A stretch of DNA of 64,000 nt from Mantamonas sphyraenae STR306. Taxonomy: Eukaryota > Protista > CRuMs. The notes beneath the pieces were generated by a model, which was given only the letters and a program-made list of their open reading frames with translations, was not told the DNA's origin and searched no databases. The stretch's first letter is position 1. Each line of letters starts with the position of its first letter. Where the stretch lies: assembly GCA_026936335.1 (NCBI GenBank), contig JAPMXV010000001.1, forward strand, positions 62,001-126,000. The letters run 5' to 3'. Shown here piece after piece: positions 1 through 15,000 of this stretch. A program made the position numbers and the translations under genes.

Positions 1-6
1 ACTTCC

Positions 7-3000
7 ATGTGTGCCAACGTCACGTCATGCTACCAGACAGCCACAAGCATCGTTTTCCAGCCAGGCAACACCTTGGACATGACCAACACGACACTCGCCT
101 TGGACGACGATGAGATCAGCGGCGACAAGGTGGAAGGAGGCACCATCGACGCCATCACCATCAACACCTTGGCCTCTGGCCAGGTGAACGCAGACAACCT
201 GCGATTGGATGGCAACACAGTGAGCTCCACGGATGCCAACGGACACATTGTGCTCACGCCCAACGGAGCGGGCAACGTCGTGGTCACAGCTGGCAAGACG
301 CTGGACCTTACAGGAACGACCCTGGTGCTGGACAACGACGAGATCAGCGGAGACAAGGTGGAGGGCGGCACCATCAACGCCATCGCCGTCAACACCTTGA
401 CGTCGGGCCTCATCGACGTCGACAATCTTCGAATCGACGGCAACAGCATCGTGGCCACGAATGCACAGGGAAACATCGTGTTCACTCCGGCTGGAAGCGG
501 ACACGTCGAGGTGTCGCCCGGCAAAGCGCTCGTGGCGGCCAATATCACCGTCATCCTGGACGACGACGAGATCAGCGGTGACGCCATCCGTGGCGGCACC
601 ATCAATGCCACTCTCATCAAGCACACCATTGCACATAAGATTTGGATTGACGACATGCTCATTGACGGCAATCGCATCCAGTCGCGCAACGACTCTGTGC
701 AGCAGCTCGTCATCCGTCCCGAAGGCCAGGCCAACTTCAAGCTCACTCCAGGCGCGTATCTCGATGTACGCAACACCAAACTCGTCATCGATGACGATGA
801 AATCAGCGGCGACAAAGTCGAGGGCGGCACGATTTTCAACATCACCATTCGCCGTCTCGCTTCCGCCCAGATGACCGTGGACAGCCTGCGCCTCGACGGA
901 AACACACTGAGTGGCCTCAACGCACAAGGCCCTGGTGACGTCGTCTTTGTGCCCAAGGGAACTGGCAAGCTCGTGCTGGAGCCTGGTCACGAGCTGGATC
1001 TGCGCGGCACAACCCTGCTGCTTGACGACGACGAGATCAGTGGCGACAAGGTGGAGGGGGGCTCCATCGACCAAATTGCCATCGTCACCATGCTCAGTTC
1101 GCTGATCCATGTGGACAGGCTCAAGCTGGAGAACAACACCCTGAGCACCATGCAAACAAACGGGGACATTGTGCTCACCAGCGCCGGCACAGGCAAGGTC
1201 ACAGCCTCAAGCTACGTGCACGTGGACAACATTCACCTCGACGCAGATCGCATCACCACCCTGGGTGGCAACGTCGACCTCGTGTTTTCCCCCAACGGGC
1301 CGGGTGTGGTCAAGGTTGCGGCGGGCCGCTTCCTGGACTTGCGCAACGCCACCGTCACTCTTGACGACGACGAAATCAGCGGCGACAAGGTCGAGGGAGG
1401 CACCATCAACTCCATCACCATCAACACGCTCAACAACCTGTTTGCGTATGTGGACAACGTGACGCTGGACCAAAACACAGTGGGCACAAGCAACGGCACG
1501 GACCTTGTCATCGAGCCGGCGTCCACCACAGTGGACTTTCAGTCGGGCAAGCAGGTGAACTTTGTGGGCACCACGCTGCTGCTTGATGACGACGAAATCA
1601 GCGGCGACAAGGTGGAGTACGGCACCATCGAAGGCATCACGATCAACACCCTGAGCACAAACCAGATCAATTCGGTGAACATCAACACAAGCCATTTGGA
1701 AGCCATGACGATGTCCAACTCCAAGATGTACGCCACGCAGGTGAATGTGGACTCGCTTATCCTCACCAACGCCACGATCTCGGCCAAGGCAGACCGTGAC
1801 ATCCTGCTTACTCCCAGTGGCTCCGGCGCTGTGCGTGTGGCCGCAGGCGACACGTTGGTGCTCACGGGTGTCACCCTGATCCTGGACAACGACGAGATCA
1901 GCGGCGACAAGGTGGAAGGCGGCACCATCAACGCCATCACGATCAACACGCTGACGTCGGGCCAGGTCAACGCGGACAACCTCCGAATGGACGGCAACAC
2001 CGTTTCGTCAAACAACACCAACGGCAGCATTGTCCTGAGCCCCAACGGGGCTGGCAACGTGGTGGTCACTTCGGGCAAGTCTTTGGACCTCACAAACACG
2101 ACGTTGATTGTGGACAACGACGAGATCAGCGGTGACAAGGTGGAAGGAGGCACGGTGACGGCCATTCGGATCAACACCCTCACGAGCACACAGGCAAACG
2201 TGGGCAACGTGCGCGTACAAGGAAACACGATGTCGACAACGAACGCAAACGGCCATCTGTACGTGTCACCCGGAGCACACGGGTCATCGGGAGCCCTGGT
2301 TGTGCATGCAAACTTCCGCGTGGACCTGCGTACCACGACGCTGCTGTTGGACGACAACGAGATCAGCGGCGACAAGATCGAAGGTGGTCTGATTGACGCC
2401 ATCACGATCAACCGCCTGCAGGTGCACAACATGACCATTGGCCACCTCAGCGTGGACGAAAACACCATTCGTGCAGTCGCAGGCAGCAACGTGCAGTTGA
2501 ACCCGCAGCCAGGAGCTAGTGTGCGCGTGCACGCGGGCCGCACCTTTGATGCACGCAACGTGACGCTGTTGCTGGATACAGACGCCCTGCGCTTCGACAG
2601 CATCGTGGGAGGCACCGTGGACGCCATGACGGCGAAACGCATGGAATCAGCAAACGTGACCGTAGGCGTCGTGCACCTGGACGGCACCACAGTGAACACG
2701 GCCAGCGGATCGATGTCCGACCTGTTGCTGTCGACCAACGGCAGCATTGTGCTGACACCCGGCTTCGCAGCAGACTTGCGTGGCAACACTGTGCTCGTGG
2801 ACGATGACGAGATCAGCGGCGACAAGGTGGAAGGAGGCACGATCAACGCGACGACGGTGACCACGCTTCGTTCGCAGCAGATCCTTGCAGGTGAGCTTTT
2901 GCTGGTCAACGGCACCCTGCGTGCAACGCAGACCTCATTGGTGCTCTCTGCGAGCAATAGCGTGATTCAGGTGACGCCTGGCCTGGTGTTGGACCTGACC

Positions 3001-6000
3001 AACACAGCCAGCATCATGCTGAACGACAACTCGATCAGCGGCGACAAGATCGAAGGCGGACGCATTGCAAACATCACCATCGATGCGCTGTACTCTTCAA
3101 TCATGCGTGTGGGCAACACACGCCTGCAGGACGGCGAGCTTGTGGTGACACAGGGCAGCGGAGACCTGCGCCTGGATGCGGCAGGAAGCGGCAAGGTGCA
3201 CGTGAGCACGTCCGACCTGCGTGTGGGCGTGGTGCATGTGGACCACACCAACGGCGACGTGAGCACTGTGTCGGGCAACCAGAACCTGACCCTGAGTGCA
3301 CATGGATCGGGCAAGGTGCGCGTGGCGCCTGGCGAAACGCTGGATCTGCGCGGCGTGCAGGTGATGCTGGACGACGACGCAATCAGCGGCGACAAGGTGG
3401 AAGGAGGTGCGATGGATACGCTGGTGGTGCACGGAAACGTGAGCGCACGCACAGGCGAGGTGGCGGGTATTAAGGTGTCGCAGCGCGTGACGGATGGAAA
3501 CGACACGGTTGTGTTGGAAAGCGTGAGCACCCAAGGCCGCATTAGCGTGATGCGCTCGGCCACAGAAGGCAATGTGGGCATCGGAACAACGAACCCTCAG
3601 TATCTACTGCAGGTGGGCGACAAGGGACCCACAGAAATCCGATGCGAGGTGGTATGCGGCGTCAATTCCACCGTGACGCGCGTGTGGACGCGCCTGCTGG
3701 GGACCGCTGGGGACGATGCGGCGACAAGCATGGAGCGAGTCGGCGACGACGAGGTGTACATTGGCGGCTGGGTTAGCGGCAAATTGTCCAACCAGACGTA
3801 TCTGGGCGGCGAGGATGCTTTTGTGGCAAGGTACACACAGAGCGGCGTACCCGAGTGGCACACGCAGTTTGGCTCGAGCGCAAACGAGCGAGTGCTTGGC
3901 GTGGCGTCGTTGAGCGAGTTTGGTAGTGTGTACGCCGCCGGGCGTGCTGGCGCTGCGTTTGGAGGAGCGACGTACGCAGGCGGAGCCAGCGATGGGTTTG
4001 TGTCGCGCATCGACGCAGGCAACGGCACTTTGCTGTGGACAAGCATGGTAGGAAGCAGTTCCACAGACGTCCTGGAAGACATTGTGGCCCTGAACGACTC
4101 GTCTGTGGTTGCTTGCGGCCACACGCTCGGCGCGGCCGGCGGATCCAACCAGGGCGGGCGAGACGCATGGCTGGTGAAGCTGGCGGGCAACAATGGAAGT
4201 GTGGTGTGGCAGGTCCAGCTTGGAGGCAGCGGCGAAGACAGGCTCGTTGCGTGCAGTGTCGACTCGCAGACGCAGTCCGTGTGGGCCACAGGGTACACGC
4301 GCTCCACCGACGGCCATCTTGGCGGGACGGGCGGTGATGGGTCACTGGATGTGCTGATGGTGATGGTGAGTGCAGACGGGCAGGTCGAGGTGGTTGCACG
4401 CCAAGCGGCTGCCATGGATCAGCGCGCCCTCGCGGTTGCGGTGAACGAGCTGGGCCATGTGTTTGTGGCCGGTGAGACGGAAGGTCAGTTTATGGACACA
4501 TCGCGCGGAGAACTGGACGCGTTTGTGCTGCGTGTCAACGGCACGGGAGGCTTGGTCTGGGGCACACAGTTTGGCACGGCTGGCAACGATTCCGTGACCG
4601 CGTTGGACACACGAGTGAACGACACCCAACTGTTTGCCGCGGGACGTGTATCTGGAGCCTTTGATGGCCAGCAAGCGTACGGTGACAGCGATGTGCTGGT
4701 GACCGTTTTGGATCAAACGTACGGGAATCGCCAGCGCAGCACGGTGCTGGGCACATCGGCAACAGATCAAGGATTGGCTCTGAGTGCGCACGCAGACGCG
4801 CTGTTTGTGGCAGGCGAGTCACGCAGCGGACTGCAAGGCGTGTCGTTGCAGGGGGCGGCTGGCAGCGATGCGTTTGTGTCGCGTCTGCCCGCTTTGGGCT
4901 GTCCCAACGCAGGTTCACTGTTCTTGGCGCAGGTGGAAGCCAGCGAGGCGGCCACAAGCCACGCGGCGACAGTGGACAACCTGAACAACCGCGTGTGGGC
5001 GGGCCGCGTTGCAGGTGCCCTGCCAGGGCGTACAAGTGCAGGCGGCGATGACCTGGCGGTCATCAAGTACGACACGTTTGGCAACGCCGTATGGATGTTC
5101 CAGAGCGGCAGTGTTGGCGATGACGCCGTGCTTGGCCTGACCGTGGACGAAGAGGACAGCGTGTATGCGTGTGGCGTGGTCGCAAGCAGCTGGTTGGCAC
5201 ATGCTCACAGTGGCGGGAGCGGAAACGACGTGGTGGTGTTTAAACTCGACCGCAACGGCAACGTGGCATGGACCAAGCAAATTGGAAGTGACGGGGACGA
5301 CCGCGCTGCCGGTATCGTCATCGGCGCAGGCGGGTACCTGTACCTCGCAGTTGATTCGACCGGAAACTTTGGCGAACTGGGATTGAACACAAGTAGCCGG
5401 GACGCATACGTGGTCAAGATGGACCCGCGTGACGGCTCTGTGTTGTGGACGCGCCAGCTGCAGGGCCACGAGGCGACGGACGAGCACGTGTACGACCTGT
5501 GCACAGACAGTGCAGGCAGCTTGCTGCTCGTCGGCACGCGCGGAAACGGCAGCAGCATCGACGGAGGACTCGTGGCCAAGATGGACCGAGACGGCACGCT
5601 GTTGTGGTGGATGGTCATTGGCGGCGACGGCCATGACGCAGCACTCGCATGTGCAGCGCACGGCTCGCGCTTGTACGTCGCTGGACGCACGAACAGCACA
5701 TCGCTGAACGGCGAAGCCAATCCGAGTGACACATCGAAGCCGTCGGGTTTCCTGACAGCGCTGAACAACGGCGGCGCAGGCGGATCCATCCTGTGGACGC
5801 GCATGCAGAGCAGCGACAGCGTCGACGAGAGTCGAGGCGTGGCAGTGATGCCCAAGACGGGCGTGATTGTTGTGTCCGGTGTGACGCTCGGTGCCGTGGG
5901 AGGTGTGCACGAGGCTGGCCAGGACGTCTTTGTCGTAGGCTACGACGAGGCAGGCGTACGAGTGTACGCCGAGCAGCTGGGCAGCGTCAGCAACGACACG

Positions 6001-9000
6001 TCGGTTGGACGCGTGAGAAGCGACTGCAACGACCAGTTGTTCCTTGCAGGCAGCAACGCAGGGTCGCTCTTGGGTCACGTCCCTCTGGGTGCAGGATCAA
6101 ACGCACTGTTGCTTGTGCGCAGTGTCGTCGTGCGCCCCGAGGTGCGCAACATTACACAGGTCCTGGGTGTGTACAGCTCTGGAGAGGGTGTTTCCACTCT
6201 GCAAGGATATGTGTGGGCATACGGAGCCCCGACAGTGACTGTCAATGTCACGTGCGCAGGGGCGTGTCAGTTGACCCTGAACCAAGCTGCTGCACCTGGA
6301 GTGAGCGTTCTTGGACAGGGCAGTGCACACGTGTCTTTGGTGGGCTCCGAAAGCTCGGTCAGCGCTGTGTTGCAAACCACGTCTGTTTCCGCTGCAAGCA
6401 CACCACAGAACATCACAGTGTCTGTGAGTGACGGCACCAGCTCCACACAGTACGCAGTGAAACTGGTGCGCATTTGTCCGACCACGGTGGCATACGACGC
6501 GATGGTGGGAGGAGCAGGCGACGACGCATTCGTGGACACCGTGGCCGATGCCTTTGGCAGCATTGTGGCGACGGGCTGGGCAAGCGAAACCATGTATGGC
6601 CAAGCTGTGGCCGGCACGCAGGACATGGCCGTTGTCAAGATGGCACCCGACGGAAGCGTGGCCTGGGCACGTTTGTTCGGAGCCAACGGCGCCGCGTCAG
6701 CGGGTCTTGGGGTCGCCACGGACATTCAAGGCAACGTGTATGCCGTGGGATACACCAACGGGGCCATGAGTGAGCAAACGCCCGCTGGCGAGAGCGACTT
6801 TGTGCTCGTCAAGTTGAGTTTGGACGGGCAGCTGAGGTACGTGCGGCAGTTTGGCACGCCGTACGGCGACAGGCTCACGGCAGTTGTCGCACCAGGGGAC
6901 GGATACCTTTATGTCGTGGGAGACACGTACGGCAACTTTAGCAGCGTTGGGCGTGCACAGGATGTTGTGCTCCTCAAGATCGAGGCATCCACGGGCGCCA
7001 TCGTGTGGAGCCACCAGATTGTGGAAGACGGCACGCAGGCTGCGCAAGGCATCTGTGCTGGATCATCGGACGACCTCTACGTGGTGGGCTACACGCACAG
7101 CAACGTTAGTGGCGAAACGTCAATGGGCAACAGCAGCCAGTTGGTGCTGCGCCTCAGTCGTTCCAGCGGCGCGGTACAGTGGACACGCGTACTGGCGAGC
7201 GAGGGAATCGACGAAGCGCAATCATGCACTGTGCACGGGTCCATGCTGTACGTTGCTGGCTCATCCGCAGGCGCAAGTTCGTTCATGGGTGCAGCGGTGA
7301 CGCAGCAGGACGCGACTCTGGTCCAACTGATGACCAGTACAGGCGCTACACAGTGGGTACGTACGTCCAACCGAGTTGGCACAGAGACAGGCAACGGTGT
7401 CGCAGTCACGGCCGACACGGGCCTGGTGCTGCTTGCGGGAACACGCAACGGAACCACTGGCGACTGGTTCACGCAGGCATACACCGAATCGGGCACGCCG
7501 GGCTGGTCACAATCGTTTGGGCAGGGTGCACACGACGCCCTGAACGCGTTTGGCATTGATTGCAACGGCAAGCTGTTCGCCGTGGGATCCAGCAACGGCA
7601 CCTTTGCAGGCGGGCTGACCAACAGCGGTGGCATGGATGCGGTGGTCAAGGTGTGGCACCGCGGATTCCAGGGTCTCGTCGTCAGCGGCGACCTAGGTTC
7701 AACGGAGGTCGAAAACACGGGGCCGAATGCGGGTGCAGGCGCACCCATAGCTATCGGTGCAACCTACCCTCTCGCACTGGACTACTTTGAAAACTTGGCC
7801 GTCAATATGACTGTGGAGTGTGTCAGTAGCAGCTGCGTGGTGTCGGTTCAAAATGCTGCGGCGGGCAGTGTCGTAAGTGGCAACAATACCGGTTCCGCAA
7901 CTGTGACAGGCTTGGCCGCAAGCGTTCAGGCAGCATGGGCGGCTGTGGTTGTTTCTGTGCCCAAATCGGGCCTGGTAACACGCACCATCACCGACGGACA
8001 GTCTGGGATTCACACACATGTGTTGTCCGTCGTCAACAACGAGTGGCAACTCATGGTCACGGGTTCCGCGTCTCAGGATCTCTTCTATGACTGTGCGGTC
8101 GCACCAGACTCGTCAACGTACTGCGGCGGCTTCGCAGCCGCCGCCGTGGCGGGATACGATTACGCTGGCGGCGAGGACTTGATCTTTGCACACATCCATG
8201 CCAACGGCACCCTGGATTGGTTCGACATGGCCGGTTCCAGTGGGAACGACCGTGTCAGGGGCGTTGCCTACTCGACCACGTCTGACCTCATGTACTCTGT
8301 TGGACATATGGCCGCTTCTGCAATGGGGTTAACCTACGCAGGAGGAGTTGGTCCCGACGCCTTCCTTGTTGCGTACCATACCAACGGCACACGTGCGTGG
8401 GCAAAGTCGTTTGGCAGCACGACGTCGGACTACTTTGAGAGAATGCTTGCATTGGACGACCGCCTGTACCTTGTAGGGTACACGTCCACCACCCCGACTG
8501 AGGGTACAGTGTACGGAACCGTCCAAGGCAGCTTCGACAGCTGGGTGGTGTGCACATACTTGAACGGCACTGTCGACTGGCAGCGCGTCATGGGTGGCAC
8601 TCAAGAAGACCGCTTCAACGGCATCTACCACCACAATGGCACAAACACCCTGTACTTGGGTGGGTTGACAAAGTCGGACAACGGCGATCTTGCCGGAACC
8701 ACAGCCTCCTTTGGCATCTGGAGCGTCATGGTTGTGCACATGGACCTCAACGGCACCGTGCTGAGTACGATTGGCGTTGGCCTTGGAAAAACAGTCATCC
8801 ATCGCGGCCTGGGTGTCCTCGACACGGAGCACATCTACGTGGCTGGGTACTCAGACAACCTGTTGGCAGGCCCGGTTGCAGGTGGCAGCAACGATGCCAT
8901 CTTCATGATGATCAACTACAACGGGACTGTGAAGTGGATGAGGCAGCTGGGCGGACCCGACAGCGACCTGTACGGCGGCGTTGTTGTCTCCGAGTCGGAG

Positions 9001-12000
9001 CGCCGTGTTTGGGTCACAGGATCGACATCGGACTACGCCACCACGTACCCTGGCATCTCGGGAGTGTACAGCATTTTCCACGAGTACCAACCCGAGAGTG
9101 GCCGCGTGTTGAAGGAGTATGCGTTTGGTGGAACCTCAACTGACAAGGCGTTCGGTCTGGTTCGAGGCCCTGCGGGCGATTTCTTTACGTGGGGCTACTC
9201 TTCATCGCAGTTCTACGGCACCTCGCCCGTGGGGTCGCTGGACCCCTTTGTGATCCGCTTCAAAGAGACAGCGACATGCAAGCCAGCCAGGTCGGTTGTG
9301 CGACAGCCTTTCAACACCACTGCAGACGATCGCGCATTTGCAGTGGTTACGCTGTCGACCAACGTAATGGTGGTGGGCGTTGACATCAGCGAGTCCTTGC
9401 CTGGTTTCACTTTCAGCGGTGGTGCAAGCGATTCAGGTGTGGTGGCCTTCGACACTCTGGGCAACCCGGTGTGGTACTACCAGACAGGAGGCGTCGGTGC
9501 AGATTTCGTGCTGGACATGGCCAGGTCATCCAGCGACGACGTGTACGTGGCTGGCACCACGGCCGGGAACATCTTTGCGGCCTCTGCTGGCAGCAACGAC
9601 GCCTACCTGTACAAGCTCAACAGCACGGGCAACCTCCAGTGGGGCATCCAGTTCGGCACTGCTGCTTCGGAACAGATCCGTGGTGTGGAGGTGGGCTCGG
9701 ATGGATTCGTGTACATTGCTGGGTACACGGGGGGCGACCTGAACGGCACCAACGCTGGCCAGGATGACCTTTGGGCAGCCAAGGTCGACCCTTCCACGGG
9801 TGCCATCGTGTGGATGCACCAACGCGGAGGCACAGACATCGACTACACCAGTCGCCTGTGCTTGGATGCGCAGGACAACCTGTATGTGGTGGGTCACACC
9901 CAGAGCAGCTTTGACGGCCAAACGCCGGCCGGTAGCTACGACATGTTTGCCACCAAACTGGACAAGAACGGCAACTTTCAGTGGACGCGCTTCGTGGGCG
10001 ACTCACAATCTGAGCAGCATCCCGGCTGTGCCGTGATTGACGACACCTTGTTTGTGGAAACGACGGTTGCTGCAGGAACCTGGTACGGCCACGCCGGACT
10101 GGGTGGGAATGATATCGGCATGGGTGCCATCAACACTGTGGATGGCACGTTGCGCTGGGCCAAGGTCTTTGGCGGCTCGGCCAATGAGACCTCGCGCTCG
10201 ATGGCCGCCTCGCCCGACGGGTACGTCGTGCTGGGAGTGACCACTGCCTCCTCTTTCCCCGACTACACAATCGTTGGCAGCAACGACGCCGTCGCATTGG
10301 CTGTGAGCACCTCGGGCGAGTACCTGTGGGCCCGTGGAGTGGGTTCCACCTCGGGCGAGACTGTGTACTCGACCGCTGTCGGGTGTGACGGCTCGCCACG
10401 CATGGTCGGGTTGACAAGCGGAGTGATGGAAGAGGGTGTGACTCTGGGTGGCACCTCGGATACCATGGTGGCGACCGTTACCTCTGGCGACGCACCCCCC
10501 ACAGTGACCGGGTTGCCCACTCTGTTGTTCAACACCAGCGCGTTCACTCTTGGTTCCCAGTATCCACTGAAGATCTACGACGGAGACACGCGCCTGCTGA
10601 AGCTGACCGTGTCGTGCTCGGCATGCACCGTGTCGTCGACGGAACTGACGGGCACGGCCTATGTGATCGAGCAGGCGTGGAACGCACTCTCCGTCTCGTT
10701 CAACAACACAGTAGGTGACCAAACCTTCACTGTCCAAGTCACCGACGGCACGTACACGACGTCGTCCCAACTGTTTGTTTCTGGCAAGTGTGGAATGACG
10801 ACGCCGCATGTGGCGCAAATCGGCACGAGCGGCGACGACCGTGCGTTTGCCACGACATTCATGCAGGACGGCTCGATTCTGGTGGCCTCGCGCACAGACG
10901 GTACCTTCCCAGGTCAGAGCAGCGCGGGAGGCGTCGATGCGTACGTGGCCAAGTTTGCGCCGAACGGCACCAACCTGTGGTACAAGATGTACGGCACGGC
11001 GACGGAAGACTCGTTCCTGGGCGGCGATGCATCTGCAGACGGCAAGGCGTTGTTTGTGTCGGGATACTCAAGCGCAGCATTTGAAGGCGCCACGGCTCTG
11101 GGTAACGCGGACATCGTGGTGATGCGCATGGACGAGACAGGCAACAAGGTGTGGGTGCGCCAACTTGGCACGTCGGCCAGCGACAAGGCACGTTCGTGCT
11201 GGCTGAGTGCCGACGAACGCTACCTGTACGTGTTTGCCGAGACGTCCGGGTCGTACGCTGGCACGTTGGCCGGTGTGACGGATCTGCTGCTGCTGAAGCT
11301 GGACGCATCCGACGGAAGCGCGGTGTGGAGCCGCCAAATTGGCAACGCGGCTTCCAACGCCATCATGGCAGGCGTGAAGGACGGTGCAGACAATCTGTAC
11401 ATCGTCAGCTACACGACGGGTGACTTTGACGGCCAGACGAACCAGGGCGGCGCCGACGGACTGGTGATCAAGTACGACAGCGAAGGCAACAAGGTGTGGA
11501 CGCGTCTGTACGGCACAACGGGCGACGACTACCTGTACCGGGCGGCCGTGAGTGACGATGGCAGCTCGTTGCTGCTTGCGGGACGCACCAACGCAGGGAC
11601 TTTTTACGGCCAGACCACAAACGGAGCCTACGACGCAACGGCGCTTGCGGTGAACGCGAGCACAGGAGACGTGATGTGGGCACGTGTGGCCGGCGGCGGA
11701 GGAAACGACAAAGCGTGGGGCGCCGCGATCACGGCTGGCAACAGCTTTGTGGTGGGAATGGATCTTGCAGCAGGCACGGTTCTTCCTGGCCAAACCGAAT
11801 TGGGAGGAGGCGACGCCGGGTACGCGGTGTACAACAGCGCGGGTGATGTGCAAAAGTATGTGCAGTACGGCACGACTTCGGAGGATATTGTGCGCAACGC
11901 GGATGCCAACTGCCGTGGCCAGGTGCTGATCAGTGGTCTGACATCCGGTGCCATGCCTGGCAACACGAATGGTGGCGGACGTGATGCGTATGTGTACACG

Positions 12001-15000
12001 TTCACTGTGGATGTACCCACTCTCAGCGGATTGCCAACTGCAACGGTGACCTCGGGAGCCACCTGGGACACGCCGTATGCGCTTGGACTGGCGTACCCGA
12101 TCAGCGTAAACCTTGCTCTGGGCAACCAAGGCTCCATCACGATCACGTGTGCCACATGCGCTGCGGTCTCACCGTCGACCATTTCAGGCAGCGCAGCACA
12201 GCTGGCCACCGCGTGGCAGGCGGTGACGATCACACCCAAGGGAGGCAAGAGTGACCATGTGGTCACAGTGACAGTGGACAACGGTGTTGGAACTTCGCAG
12301 TACACAGTGACTGTGGCGGCGCGATGCACGCCAGGCGTTGCCTTTACGGCGCAGATTGGCACGGCATCGAGCGCCGAGTGGGCTTACTCGACCGCCTTTG
12401 ATGCGTTTGGTGATGTGCTGTACGTTGGTTACACGTCCGCCTCGTTGCTGGGCGGGACACACGTCGGAGCACAAGATGCGTACGTGGTGAAGCTGCACCC
12501 GAATGGCACGGTTGCGTGGTCGTATCAAACTGGATCGACGGGCAACGACCAGTTCCGTGGTGTGGATACCGATGCCGAGGGCAACGTGTATGCTTCTGGA
12601 AACGCGGGAGGAACGGTGAACGGCGTCGCAGCCGTTGGGACATCGTCTTTCCTGCTGGTGAAGCTGGATCGCAACGGCAACCACGTGTGGACAAAGCAGT
12701 ACGGCACTTCGGGCACCGACAATGCCCAGCAGGTGGCAGTGGACAGCAGCGGCCAGTACGTGGTTTTGACTGGCGCCTCAGACGGAAACATGGGCGGCAC
12801 GAGTGCAGGATCAAACGACGTGGTCGTCCTCGCGGTCAACGCCACCGATGGCAACACGACGTGGGTGGACCAACGCGGTGGCACGGGTTCGGACGTGCCA
12901 CGTGGGATGTGCATGGGCCCAGACAACACCATTTACTCCATTGCGATTGTGTCAAGTTCGTTTGACGGCCAGACACTGTCCGCCGGTTCCGATGTGGGCG
13001 TGGTTGCGTACGCATTGAATGGGACGTGGCTGTGGACCAAGTTTGTGGGCGACACGGGCACCGAGCAGGCATTCCGTTGCCACGCAACGTCGTCGCACGT
13101 GTATGTGGCCGGCTACACGACCTCGACCACGATTGAGGGTCAGAACAACGCAGGCGGCAACGATGGCATGGTGTTTGCACTGGAACAGAGCACGGGTGCG
13201 CTGCAGTGGCTGCGACTCGTTGGTACGACCGCCAGCGAGTTGGGACACGCCATCACTGTGCTTCCCACGGGCACCATTGTCCTGGGCGGATACACAGATG
13301 GCAATCTTGCAGCGACGGTGCAAACTGCACCGGACCTGTTTTTGCGAGCGTACGACGCGTCGGGCAATGTGCTGTGGACGGAACAGCGTGGTGAGGCCAC
13401 GCCGGGTTCCAGCTACTGGTACTCGATGGACACAAACTGCCAGGGGCAAATTGTGATTGTGGGCCGCACCGACGGCGTCCTTGGCGCAGGAAACACCAAC
13501 GCAGGTGGATACGACCCGGCTGCCATGCTTCTCACCGATTTTGGTCTTGCACCGACGGTGACAGCACCGGCGTCGGCGAGTCTGAACACGGACACATTTG
13601 TACACGGCGAGCACGCCATCACGGTGTCCGATGTGGACTCGATTACGCTGAGGATGACAGTGTCGTGCCTCCGATGCAACATCAACGGCACGGGCAGCAG
13701 CAGCGTGGGAGTGACGGGCACAGCCGCCCAACTGAACAGCTTCTGGGCAAGCCTGGTGACCAGTGTGGACTCGTCGACGACATCCATGTCCATTGTGGTG
13801 CAGGACAGCTCGCACACAACCACAAAGGCCATTGCCCTGTCACACTGCTTCGCAGACTCGAGGGTGGGCTTTGAGTTCAACATGGTCGGCGGTGCTGGTG
13901 ACGACCGCGGCCACGCCGTGGCTGTGGGTGTCAATGGCGATGTGGCCGTGGCCGGGTTTACCGATGCAAGCCTGTTTGCCACAAACGGTGGCGGTTGGGA
14001 CGTCATTGCGTACAAGTTGTACAAGAACGGTTCCTTTGCGTGGGGCTACCAAAAGGGAGCAGGTGGCAGCGACTTTGGTCGTGACGCGGCCATGGACGTG
14101 CGTGGCGACGTGTATGTGTGTGGCAGCGTAAGCACCGGAGTGTTTGGGCCTGACTTGGGTGGCGGCGACGCGTTTGTGGTCAAGCTGAACGGCACGGACG
14201 GCAGTGAGATTTGGAAGGTGCAACTTGGTACATCTGCGGGCGAAGATGGATACGGAGTGGCGCTGAGTTCCAACGAATCGTTTGTGTACGTGGCAGGCAC
14301 AACATTGGGAACCATGGGAGCGGCCAGTGGCGGTGGCGCGGACATGTTTGTGGCCAAACTGTCTGCGAGCGACGGCTCGACGGTTTGGATCGCACAGGGT
14401 GGAGGCAGCGGTACGGAGAACGGCCGTGCAATCGGCGTGGGTGCCGACGACGACGTGGTGGTGTTTGGTGTCACCAACGCAGTGACAAACGGAGCACCAC
14501 ACGCAGGCGGACAAGACGGTCTGATGATGCAGTTCCATGCAAACGGCACCCTGGGATGGACTGCCAGCGCAGGCAGTGCCTCCAACGACTTTTACTACCG
14601 TGGTACCGTGTCGCACGGCGTTGCGTTGGGCCAAGGGTATGCAAGCGGGACAGTGAACGGCCAGACGAGCGCAGGCGGCCAAGACTTGCTCCTTGTGGCC
14701 GTGGATATGGCGACTGGCAACACGCTGTGGACGCGAATGGAGGGCACGAGTGGCAGCGAAACCGGCCACGCGGTGGGTGTGACACCTGCTGGCATGGTTG
14801 TGAGCGCAGGCGAAACGACCGGCAGCTTTGCCGGGTTCACCAACGCAGGCAGCACGGACCTGTTTTACACAGTGTACGACCTCAGCGGCAACATGGAGTA
14901 TCGCGAACAGCTTGGCGGGTCTGGACTGGACACGCCGCGTGCCATCGACACAAACTGCCATCATCAGGCGGTGATTTCGGGCTTGTCCGCGTCCACCACG

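Noticed and set aside
100-3430. Regularly spaced roughly 30-bp DNA repeats resembling a CRISPR array
   Set aside because: Spacing is over 200 bp, repeats vary at synonymous positions and encode a protein motif, and no cas genes are present.
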